Positions 26,047 through 33,522 of a stretch of DNA of 64,000 nucleotides are shown here, piece after piece (position 1 is the stretch's first letter; the number at the start of each line of letters is the position of its first letter). The position numbers and the translations under genes are program-made. Below the pieces are notes generated by a model. The model did not search any database and was not told the DNA's origin. It saw only the letters and a program-made list of their open reading frames with translations. This stretch comes from a virus. Lineage: Duplodnaviria; Caudoviricetes. The DNA lies in the IMG/VR virus record IMGVR_UViG_3300035182_002389, positions 138,519 through 202,518 of that record; one strand, 5' to 3'.

Positions 26047-26159
26047 GACGCCTTAGACGTTGTGCTTGACAGCCGAAAATCATGTATCGTGGTCCTCGTG
26101 CTGAGGCCAAAGGCCTCGCCTCCTTCCAAACCCGGAAGGCAAAGAAGGGACGGCCTCTC

Positions 26160-26702
26160 ATGGCGTGGACACTCGAAGGCACCAAGAAGGCAATCGCGAC
26201 GATCACCAAGCAGCTCAAGACGGGCAAGAACAAGGCGGGCAAGAAGCTCACCGCGTCCGGCCGCATGATGCTGGAGTGCGCCCTCGTCACGCAGCAGAAC
26301 AACTTCGCGAAGCTCACGGGCCACCCGAAGGCCGCCCTCGCCGTCGGCGCCGGTAAGAAGTCGGCCAAGAAGAAGACCACGAAGAAGGCCGCGAAGAAGA
26401 AGGCCGCGAAGAAGAAGGCCGCGAAGAAGAAGGCCGCGAAGACCGTCGCCGGATCCTTCTCGGTCCCGAAGAAGACCGCGAAGAAGGCCGCGAAGAAGCG
26501 CCCGGCGAAGAAGACCGCGAAGAAGACCGCCAAGAAACGTCCGGCGAAGAAGACCGCGAAGAAGACCGCCAAGAAGCGTCCGGCGAAGAAGACCGCCAAG
26601 AAGCGTCCGGCGAAGAAGGCCGCCAAGAAACGCCCGGCGAAGAAGGCCAAGAAGAGCGCGAAGAAGACCAAGAAGAGCGCGAAGAAGTCGGCCAAGAAGT
26701 AG
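26160..26702 (+). CDS. Histone H1-like Lys/Ala-rich DNA-binding protein 1 (alternative start 26082)
   Basis: KKAAKKK, KKRPAKKTAKK repeats fill the C-terminal two-thirds. Confidence 0.8.
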   Translation: MAWTLEGTKKAIATITKQLKTGKNKAGKKLTASGRMMLECALVTQQNNFAKLTGHPKAALAVGAGKKSAKKKTTKKAAKKKAAKKKAAKKKAAKTVAGSFSVPKKTAKKAAKKRPAKKTAKKTAKKRPAKKTAKKTAKKRPAKKTAKKRPAKKAAKKRPAKKAKKSAKKTKKSAKKSAKK

Positions 26703-26746
26703 TCCAGGCCCCGCGCGTTCCACCCTCCCACGAAAGAGAGATCACG

Positions 26747-26983
26747 ATGGCGGCGAAGAAGAAGACGACGAAGAAGAGCGCGAAGAAGAGCCCCAAGCGC
26801 GCCAAGAGCGCCAAGGCGCCGCACGCTGCGAAGAAGGCCGCTGCGGCGAAGGTTCTGGAGAAGAACGGCGCGTCCAAGAAGACGATGGCCTATCTCCAGA
26901 AGATGATCGGCAAGCTCCCGGCTGCGCACTCGGTCATCATCATCGAGTCCTGGCGGCGCCCCGCGAAGAAGCGCGCGAAGTAG
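26747..26983 (+). CDS. Small basic H1-like protein 2
   Basis: MAAKKKTTKKSAKKSPKRAK.. Confidence 0.75.
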   Translation: MAAKKKTTKKSAKKSPKRAKSAKAPHAAKKAAAAKVLEKNGASKKTMAYLQKMIGKLPAAHSVIIIESWRRPAKKRAK

Positions 26984-27035
26984 CTCGCGCCCCGAAACCC
27001 TCAGAGTCTGCCCTTACCGGCGCAAGGAGACGTTC

Positions 27036-28028
27036 ATGGCTGCGAAGAAGAGTGCGAAGAAGGCGAAGAAGGCGAAGAAGCCCGCCAAGGCCCGCAAGCC
27101 CGCCAAGGCCCGCAAGCCCGTCAAGGCTCACAAGACGGCGAAGAAGACCGCGAAGGCTCGGAAGCCTGCGAAGAAGACCGCGAAGCGCTCGAAGGCCACC
27201 ATGAGCAAGCGCGACGCGCAGCTCAAGCGTCTGCTCGGCCTGCGCGCCTTCCACAAGCGTCAGGGCCACGACACGTCCGACATGGACGCGAAGCTCGCCA
27301 AGATGATGCCGGGCAAGTGGGACGAGGCGGTCACCATCGCGAAGGTCGGCAAGCCGGCGAAGGCTCGCAAGCCGAAGTCGCGCAAGCCGAAGAAGGCCGC
27401 GAAGAAGTCGGCGAAAAAGTCCCCCAAGAAGTCGGCCAAGAAGAAGGCGCACCTCGGCTACACGCCGACCGGACGCCCGAAGCAGAAGCTCGACAAGAAG
27501 AGCCGTCGCTACAAGGCGGCCGTCATCAACGTCGCGAAGGCTCGCCTCTTCCGTCACACGAAGAAGCTCGTCGACGCCGGCGTCCTCACCCCCGACGAGG
27601 GGCGCAAGCTCGCGGGCGACATCGAGCTGGACTTCAGCAAGCTCGGCGCCGACCACCCGCTCGCCAAGGAAGCGGCGGCCAAGCTCGCGGCCCAGGAAGA
27701 GGCTCGCCTCAACTCCATCGCCGCCGAAGCGAAGCGTCGTGAAGGCATCCGCACCGGCCGAGCCGCACACGGTTCCGGCCGCATGGCGACCGGCGGCAAG
27801 CGTGCTCTTCCGGCACGCCCCACGCGCCACCGCGGACCGAACGTCTCGGCGTCCTTCGGGCGCAGCGCGTCGACGGGCGTTCCGAACGTCTCCGCCGCGG
27901 CTCCCCACGGCCGTCTCATGACGAAGGCCGAGTTCGAGATCATGGACCGCAAACGTCGGGAGGCCGAGCGCCTGCCGCACTTCAAGATGGAAGGTGAGGA
28001 AAGCGAGCCCGTCACCATCCGCCGCTGA
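27036..28028 (+). CDS. H1-like protein 3 with interspersed globular segments
   Basis: AAGGAG RBS; KPAKARKP repeats; KKAAKKSAKKSPKK; Arg-rich C-terminus. Confidence 0.8.
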   Translation: MAAKKSAKKAKKAKKPAKARKPAKARKPVKAHKTAKKTAKARKPAKKTAKRSKATMSKRDAQLKRLLGLRAFHKRQGHDTSDMDAKLAKMMPGKWDEAVTIAKVGKPAKARKPKSRKPKKAAKKSAKKSPKKSAKKKAHLGYTPTGRPKQKLDKKSRRYKAAVINVAKARLFRHTKKLVDAGVLTPDEGRKLAGDIELDFSKLGADHPLAKEAAAKLAAQEEARLNSIAAEAKRREGIRTGRAAHGSGRMATGGKRALPARPTRHRGPNVSASFGRSASTGVPNVSAAAPHGRLMTKAEFEIMDRKRREAERLPHFKMEGEESEPVTIRR

Positions 28029-28047
28029 TCCAATCGGATCTCACAAC

Positions 28048-28080
28048 GCGCCCTGCTCTTCTTCTTGGAGGGCGGGGCGC
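28048..28080 (+). terminator. GC-rich hairpin after H1-like cluster (no clear U tail)
   Basis: GCGCCCTGCTCTT...GAGGGCGGGGCGC. Confidence 0.45.
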
Positions 28081-28098
28081 AGTGCTATCATCTGACGC

Positions 28099-28287
28099 AT
28101 GGACGCAGCCGATCGGCCCATCCTTGCGCGGCTCATGGATGGAACTCGTATGACCCCGAACGGCTTCTTTCTTGGCGCCGTGTCTGGCAGCGTCCTCGCC
28201 GTCCTCGGACTGCTCCTCCAACGCAAGCGCATCCTCGAACGCGAGCGAGACGTCGAAGCCTCCATCGAGGCCTCCGTTCCGCGGTGA
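28099..28287 (+). CDS. Small membrane protein, probably leaderless
   Basis: TG-C-TATCAT 7 nt before ATG; TM FFLGAVSGSVLAVLGLLLQRKR. Confidence 0.65.
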   Translation: MDAADRPILARLMDGTRMTPNGFFLGAVSGSVLAVLGLLLQRKRILERERDVEASIEASVPR

Positions 28288-28318
28288 CGTTCGATAAAGA
28301 GGTGATTAGGATGGCGAG

Positions 28319-29446
28319 ATGACCATCTTCCGCTGCGTCGCGTGCGAGGCGCTCACGCAGGTGTCGTTCCCTCACTGCCGCACGTGTGGCACGACCAACG
28401 GCTACCACAAAGCGCCGAAGGGGACACGGATGCCCAGACCCAAGCCCGAAGGCGCCGGCGGAGCGCCCGGCATGGGAGGATTCGGCGATTTTGGCGGAGG
28501 GTTTGGCGGCGTCGATGACGCGCCCCTTGACCTCGATCCGGTGGGCGGCGCTCCTGGGTTCGATCCGCCCGGACTTGGCGGACCGCCCGGCCCAACCGGC
28601 AAGAAGATCCGAAACACAGCAGGCTACGAAGAGCCCGACAAGAAGCCGCGCGCCGTATCCATCGGCCGCGTCGCCGTGCAAAAGCGAAGGCGCCTCGCGA
28701 CCGGAATCAAGCAGCTCGATCGCGTTCTCGGAGGCAGCGAGCAGAAAGGGTTCGGCATCGTCACCGGGTCCTCTGTCATGGTCGATGGAAGCCCCGGCAT
28801 CGGTAAATCCACGCTGCTCCTTCAAGCGGCTGCGAAGCTTGCGCTGCAAGGACCCGTCCTCGTCGCAACCGGCGAGGAGGCCATCGACGACATCAAAGAG
28901 CGCGCGCTGCGTCTGAAGATCCTCAAGGATCCGACGGTCCGAAAGAACCTGCTCCTCGTCGAGATGACCGACACTGACGATCTCATCGAGATCATCGAGA
29001 AGCGAAAGCCCATCGCCGTCATCATGGACTCGGTGCAGATGTTCATCTCAGAGAATGCCGTCGGTCAAGCCGGCTCCGAACCTCAGTGCAAGTACATCCT
29101 GAATGAGCTGATCAAGAAGACGACAAAGCCCATGGGCATCGCTCTCTTCATCGTCTCGCAGGTGACCAAGGACGGCGATGCGCGAGGTCCCAACACCATC
29201 GCGCACATGGTCGACGCACACCTCAAGTTCGACCGCGAGAACCCCAAGGATCTCTCCGACGTGAAGCGCCGCCTCTGGCAAAAGAAGAACCGCAACGGCA
29301 ACATCGCCATCACGGGCCGCTTCTGGATGACCGACAAGGGGCTGCGAGGTCTCAAGCACAAAGACGTTGTCGACTTCACAGCTCCGCGCAAGGAGCCGAA
29401 GATCAAAAAATCCGCGCGCGATCACGGACACAGCAAGGCGGCTTGA
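28319..29446 (+). CDS. radA: RadA/Sms-like recombination ATPase lacking the C-terminal S5/Lon-like domain
   Basis: N-terminal CxxC..CxxC finger; TGIKQLDRVLGG; Walker A GSPGIGKST; IMDSVQ; GPNTIAHMVD; KNRNG. Confidence 0.85.
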   Translation: MTIFRCVACEALTQVSFPHCRTCGTTNGYHKAPKGTRMPRPKPEGAGGAPGMGGFGDFGGGFGGVDDAPLDLDPVGGAPGFDPPGLGGPPGPTGKKIRNTAGYEEPDKKPRAVSIGRVAVQKRRRLATGIKQLDRVLGGSEQKGFGIVTGSSVMVDGSPGIGKSTLLLQAAAKLALQGPVLVATGEEAIDDIKERALRLKILKDPTVRKNLLLVEMTDTDDLIEIIEKRKPIAVIMDSVQMFISENAVGQAGSEPQCKYILNELIKKTTKPMGIALFIVSQVTKDGDARGPNTIAHMVDAHLKFDRENPKDLSDVKRRLWQKKNRNGNIAITGRFWMTDKGLRGLKHKDVVDFTAPRKEPKIKKSARDHGHSKAA

Positions 29447-29454
29447 GACAAGCC
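29440..29454. promoter_or_regulatory. Palindromic operator GGCTT-GAGAC-AAGCC
   Basis: Overlaps radA stop, upstream of the structural module; TAGGAT at 29519. Confidence 0.75.
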
Positions 29455-29549
29455 AGCGCGATCTGACCGAGCCGATCAGGCCCAACCATCGCTGCTAGGA
29501 AGCTCTGACGAACAGCGGTAGGATACGCTTCTAGGAGAGAAGCCGCCCG

Positions 29550-30317
29550 ATGTCCGTCACCATCGTCAAGCCGAACGTCACGGACGACCCGCTCCCCAGC
29601 GTCGTGCCGCCGCCTGGCTACCGCCTCTTTCCCGTCGCCAACTTCTCGCCAAGCGGAAACGTTGCAGGGCAGATCGTCATCGAGGGACAGATTCTCAACG
29701 CGGCAGGTCGACCTGTCGCAAGCGGATCCACCTACGACGCAGAGCTTTTTCTCTTCGTTCAGGGACAGTGGATGCTTGCCGGTCGCCCGGTCATCAGCGC
29801 ATCGGGAGGGGACGGCCCCTCCGCGCCTTTCGGGTCGGGCGGCGGGCACAAGTCTGCTCGCTACATCAGCTTCCTGTTCGGGGGACTCATCGACGTCGTT
29901 GCGCAAGGATTTCTTCGCATCACCAACGTGCAGTCGCCCACCGAACTGGCCGGCAGCATGGTCTTCAACATCCACGCGGCCGAGCCGACGGCGACCAATC
30001 CGCGAAGCTTGTCGGGCACGCCGGAGGCTTCTCTCACGGCCCCAAGCAACTGGAGAACGCTTCCGACGTTCTCCAACACCACCGCCATCGATCCGCTCGT
30101 CACTGTTCCTACGCCCGTCGAACAGTACGTCCTTCTTCAGACCGACCCGCTGAGCCCGAGGCCTGCCTTCATTTGCAGCGCCGCGACACCTGCCGGCGAC
30201 GGATACCTGCTTCTTCAGGGTGAAGAAATCCAGTGGCCCACGCGCGATGCGAGCGAAATCTACATTCGCTCCAACGGCATTCCGACCAACGTCATCGTCC
30301 GGGCCACCAAGTTCTAG
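29550..30317 (+). CDS. Beta-rich putative virion protein, paralog of 30346
   Basis: IVKP..PGYRLFP..GQILNAAGRPV..VPTPVEQYVLLQ..IQWPTRDA. Confidence 0.75.
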   Translation: MSVTIVKPNVTDDPLPSVVPPPGYRLFPVANFSPSGNVAGQIVIEGQILNAAGRPVASGSTYDAELFLFVQGQWMLAGRPVISASGGDGPSAPFGSGGGHKSARYISFLFGGLIDVVAQGFLRITNVQSPTELAGSMVFNIHAAEPTATNPRSLSGTPEASLTAPSNWRTLPTFSNTTAIDPLVTVPTPVEQYVLLQTDPLSPRPAFICSAATPAGDGYLLLQGEEIQWPTRDASEIYIRSNGIPTNVIVRATKF

Positions 30318-30345
30318 TTCGCAGGCGACACGGGAGAAACACGAG

Positions 30346-31110
30346 ATGATCACGCCCATCGTCAAGCCCGACGTTCTGCCCGATCCGGTTCCGGGTCTTG
30401 CGCCCTCCGTTCCAGGGTATCGGCGCTTCCCTGCCTCGAACTTCGTTCCCCGAGGGGGATTCGCAAACCAGATCACCGTCGAAGGACAGATTCTCGACGC
30501 CAACAAGCAGCCCGTCGCAGGCTCCTCCTACGACGCCATCCTGTACCTGCTCATCGACGGCATTTGGCGACAGGCAGGAAAGCCCGTCACAAACATCGCG
30601 GGCGGAAGCGGGCCGCAGCCCGCGCTTGGATCGGGCAGGGGATACACGTCCGCGCGCGTCGTCAGCTTTCTTTACGGGGGCATCGTCGATGTTGCCGCCG
30701 AGGGCTACATTCAGGTCGTCAACATCGTCCCGCTCACCGGCGTCTCGATGCTCTTCAAGGTGCAGAGCCCCGAACCTTCTGCCACCGTTTCTCGAAGCCT
30801 CTCTGGCGCACCGGAGGTATCCCTCGCTCCGCCTGCGACCTGGAAGACGCTGCCCACGTTCGTGAATGCTGGCGCTCTCGGTCCTCTCGTCCCCGTTCCT
30901 ACGCCGGTCGAGCAGTACGTTCTCCTTCAAGCGGACGCTGGCAACCCGGGCCAAACCGTCATCGTTAGCCAGGGCATCGGCAGCCTCAGCCAAGGCTTCG
31001 AGCTTGCTGCTGGCAAATCTATCCAGTGGCCGACGCGCGACGCCGGCAACATCTACATCCTCACCGACCAAGCGGCGGGCGCCATCACCATCCGCGTGAC
31101 GAGGTTCTAA
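30346..31110 (+). CDS. Beta-rich putative virion protein, paralog of 29550
   Basis: IVKP..PGYRRFP..GQILDANKQPV..VPTPVEQYVLLQ..IQWPTRDA. Confidence 0.75.
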   Translation: MITPIVKPDVLPDPVPGLAPSVPGYRRFPASNFVPRGGFANQITVEGQILDANKQPVAGSSYDAILYLLIDGIWRQAGKPVTNIAGGSGPQPALGSGRGYTSARVVSFLYGGIVDVAAEGYIQVVNIVPLTGVSMLFKVQSPEPSATVSRSLSGAPEVSLAPPATWKTLPTFVNAGALGPLVPVPTPVEQYVLLQADAGNPGQTVIVSQGIGSLSQGFELAAGKSIQWPTRDAGNIYILTDQAAGAITIRVTRF

Positions 31111-31112
31111 AC

Positions 31113-32603
31113 ATGCCCGTTTCCCGATCGGCCAAACTTCCCGTCGTCGAAGCCAAAAACAAGAAGGCTCCCACGGCCTCCAATCCCGCGCTCGAACCTG
31201 CGCGAACGATTCCCCTCGCCATTGGGGGACCTCCCGTTCGCGGACCTGTCGGCGAAAAAGGTCTGGTCGGCGAGCGAGGGGCAAAAGGTCTCCTTGGCGA
31301 CAAAGGACCCAAGGGCGACGCGGGGCCTCTTGGCTCTCCCGGACCCAAGGGCACGATCGGCGACAAGGGGCCGAAAGGTCCGCTTGGCGATCCTGGGCCG
31401 ATCGGTCGGCAGGGGCCTGAAGGCGTGCAAGGCCCGAAGGGCGTTCAAGGACCCGTCGGCTCTCCAGGACCTATCGGGCCCGCGGGCAAAGAAGGGCCTA
31501 CCGGACCGAAGGGCGAGATAGGCGCTCGCGGAGACAAGGGGCCGATGGGCGACGTCGGTCCCCAAGGTCCCCTCGGCTCGCCAGGACCCAAGGGCGACAA
31601 GGGGCCGGCCGGCGACAGGGGGGCGGTCGGGGACAAAGGGCTGATCGGCGACAAGGGGCCGATCGGTGACAAGGGGCCGGTCGGTGACAGGGGGGCGGTC
31701 GGGGACAAAGGGCCGATCGGCGACAAGGGGCCGATCGGTGACAAGGGGCCGGTCGGTGACAAGGGGCCGGTCGGCGAGCAAGGTCCGCAAGGTCCGCAAG
31801 GTCTCCGAGGCGAGCAGGGCCCTCTCGGCGACGGGGGGCCGATCGGGGACAGGGGGCCGATCGGGGACAAGGGCGCCACCGGCGACCAAGGCTCCACCAT
31901 CCTGTTTCCCGCGACGCGACGAGCCTTCCAGGGCGCTTCGCACGTCTACTACCTCGACGAGTCTGCGCTGCCGCTCAAGAACGCCGCAGGGCCCGACGGC
32001 ATTCTCACCTCCGACGAGCCGAAGGGGCTCATCTTCCGCGACACGTCCCTCTTCAACCGAGGGACGCCGGCGCTGCGCATCCAAGGGCGCACCCCTTCAC
32101 AGGGTGTCTACTCGACCGACGTCAACGCAGACGTGAGCCGTGGCGCCACACTCGAAGTCGTCTTCGAGCCGAGCGAGATGACCCCCGACGTTCGGTGGAT
32201 CGCCGAGCTGATCGGCGTCATCCCCCAGGGCGGCAAGCTCAACGCGTTGTCCATCGCGTTTTTCCCGAACACCCTGCGAGCCCAAGTCATCCTCGGAGGC
32301 GTCAGCGGCGAACACGCGCAGTTCACCGCCAGCGTCCCCTGGACCAACGGACGACGCACGGTGTTTGCGCTCAGGTTCGACCCCGCTCGCGGTACGCTCG
32401 ACGCCATCCTCAACGGATTCGTCGAGTCCTCTGTCGCGACCCGTGGAATCATCGAGGTCCCGCTCTCTCAAATCGCCATCGGGCGCGCCATCAACAAGAG
32501 CGCGGCCTCGTGGAAGGGCACCATTTCCGAGGTCCGCTTGACCCCGTTTGCACAACCTGACGAATACTTCGTCGAAGGAGTGCGCGCGATGGGCTTGCTG
32601 TAG
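31113..32603 (+). CDS. Collagen-like fibre protein with C-terminal LamG/ConA-like head
   Basis: 73 uninterrupted Gly-X-Y triplets (31242-31898); C-terminal TLEVVF..WTNGRRTVFALRFD..LNG..IAIG..KGTISEVRL. Confidence 0.85.
   Translation: MPVSRSAKLPVVEAKNKKAPTASNPALEPARTIPLAIGGPPVRGPVGEKGLVGERGAKGLLGDKGPKGDAGPLGSPGPKGTIGDKGPKGPLGDPGPIGRQGPEGVQGPKGVQGPVGSPGPIGPAGKEGPTGPKGEIGARGDKGPMGDVGPQGPLGSPGPKGDKGPAGDRGAVGDKGLIGDKGPIGDKGPVGDRGAVGDKGPIGDKGPIGDKGPVGDKGPVGEQGPQGPQGLRGEQGPLGDGGPIGDRGPIGDKGATGDQGSTILFPATRRAFQGASHVYYLDESALPLKNAAGPDGILTSDEPKGLIFRDTSLFNRGTPALRIQGRTPSQGVYSTDVNADVSRGATLEVVFEPSEMTPDVRWIAELIGVIPQGGKLNALSIAFFPNTLRAQVILGGVSGEHAQFTASVPWTNGRRTVFALRFDPARGTLDAILNGFVESSVATRGIIEVPLSQIAIGRAINKSAASWKGTISEVRLTPFAQPDEYFVEGVRAMGLL
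31242..31898 (+). repeat. Collagen Gly-X-Y coding repeat including 18-bp GDK-GP(I/V) units
   Basis: 657 nt = 73 triplets counted in the translation. Confidence 0.9.
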
Positions 32604-32617
32604 TGCGACAAGGGTCC

Positions 32618-32632
32618 GGCTTATGATAAGCC
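32618..32632. promoter_or_regulatory. Palindromic operator GGCTT-ATGAT-AAGCC
   Basis: Intergenic, upstream of 32670. Confidence 0.75.
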
Positions 32633-32669
32633 TGCCATCCACAGACCTTCGACCACACGCAGGTACGTG

Positions 32670-33254
32670 ATGTCGCACTCGCCCGTTCTCTACTGTGTGT
32701 CCTTCCCCAACGCAGCGGCGTTGTCGACGGCGCACGGGCGCTTCAACGACGGCGACTTCGGGTACGTGAAGTCGACGGCGATCTACTACACCTACTTCGA
32801 GATTCCGCCGGGAGTGCCACCCCCCGGCACCATCTTCAGCGTCGAAGGCGGCGCCTGGGTTCCGTTCTCGGGAGGCGGACCTCCGCCTCCTGCGACCACC
32901 GCCTACGTCGAAGAGTCCTTCACCTGCGACCCATCTGTCCTCGTTCGAGACGTCGTCTTCATCAGCCCGCTCGGCATCGTGGATCGAGCCAGCGCCGCGA
33001 CTCTCGGAACGACCGCCGCCGTCGGCGTGGTGTCTGCAAAACCTGCGGGCAACATCGCCACCGTGCGTTACACCGGCGCGCTTTCAGGATTCGCAGGGCT
33101 AAACCCTGGACAGGTGTACTATCTTGGCGTCAGTCCAGGCGCATTGCTCTCGACCCCAACGGATGCGCCGGGGTACGTTGTTCAGAAGATCGGCGTCGCT
33201 CTCGACGCGATCACCCTCATGATCAGTGTCGGGCCGAACACCACCGTTCTCTGA
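32670..33254 (+). CDS. Putative virion protein: shared N-terminal module plus cement-like C-terminal domain
   Basis: MSHSPV..AALSTAHGRFNDGDFGYV; AVGVV..TVRYTGAL..GLNPGQVYYL..VVQKIGVA (DUF2190-like, from memory). Confidence 0.65.
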   Translation: MSHSPVLYCVSFPNAAALSTAHGRFNDGDFGYVKSTAIYYTYFEIPPGVPPPGTIFSVEGGAWVPFSGGGPPPPATTAYVEESFTCDPSVLVRDVVFISPLGIVDRASAATLGTTAAVGVVSAKPAGNIATVRYTGALSGFAGLNPGQVYYLGVSPGALLSTPTDAPGYVVQKIGVALDAITLMISVGPNTTVL

Positions 33255-33269
33255 TCCCACGGAGTTCTC

Positions 33270-33494
33270 ATGGCGCGATTCAAGTACCTTGGACCGAACC
33301 CGCCGCCCAAAGGCGTCGTTTGGGGACCGCTCACCAAGATCGGCCTCATCACCAAGATGCAGGGCGTGGTGAGCTACCTTCCCGTCCCTCCGAACACCGA
33401 GTTCGTGATCGGCGAAGACATCGGGTACGACATCACCGACCAGTTCTCCCTTCAAGCGCTCGACGCCGACCCTCGCTACCAGCGGATCGTCTGA
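33270..33494 (+). CDS. Hypothetical protein (74 aa) in structural module
   Basis: GGAG RBS; co-oriented. Confidence 0.65.
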   Translation: MARFKYLGPNPPPKGVVWGPLTKIGLITKMQGVVSYLPVPPNTEFVIGEDIGYDITDQFSLQALDADPRYQRIV

Positions 33495-33522
33495 TTCCGC
33501 AGCCGTCTGAAAGGAATCGATC

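Noticed and set aside
26066-26090. TTGACA as a sigma70 -35 for the H1-like operon
   Set aside because: Nearest -10-like hexamer (TATCGT) is only 13 bp away; nothing fits at 16-18 bp
28319-29446. radA and ECF sigma as signs of ordinary host chromosome
   Set aside because: RadA is truncated and both genes are surrounded by virus-like genes without their usual chromosomal neighbours
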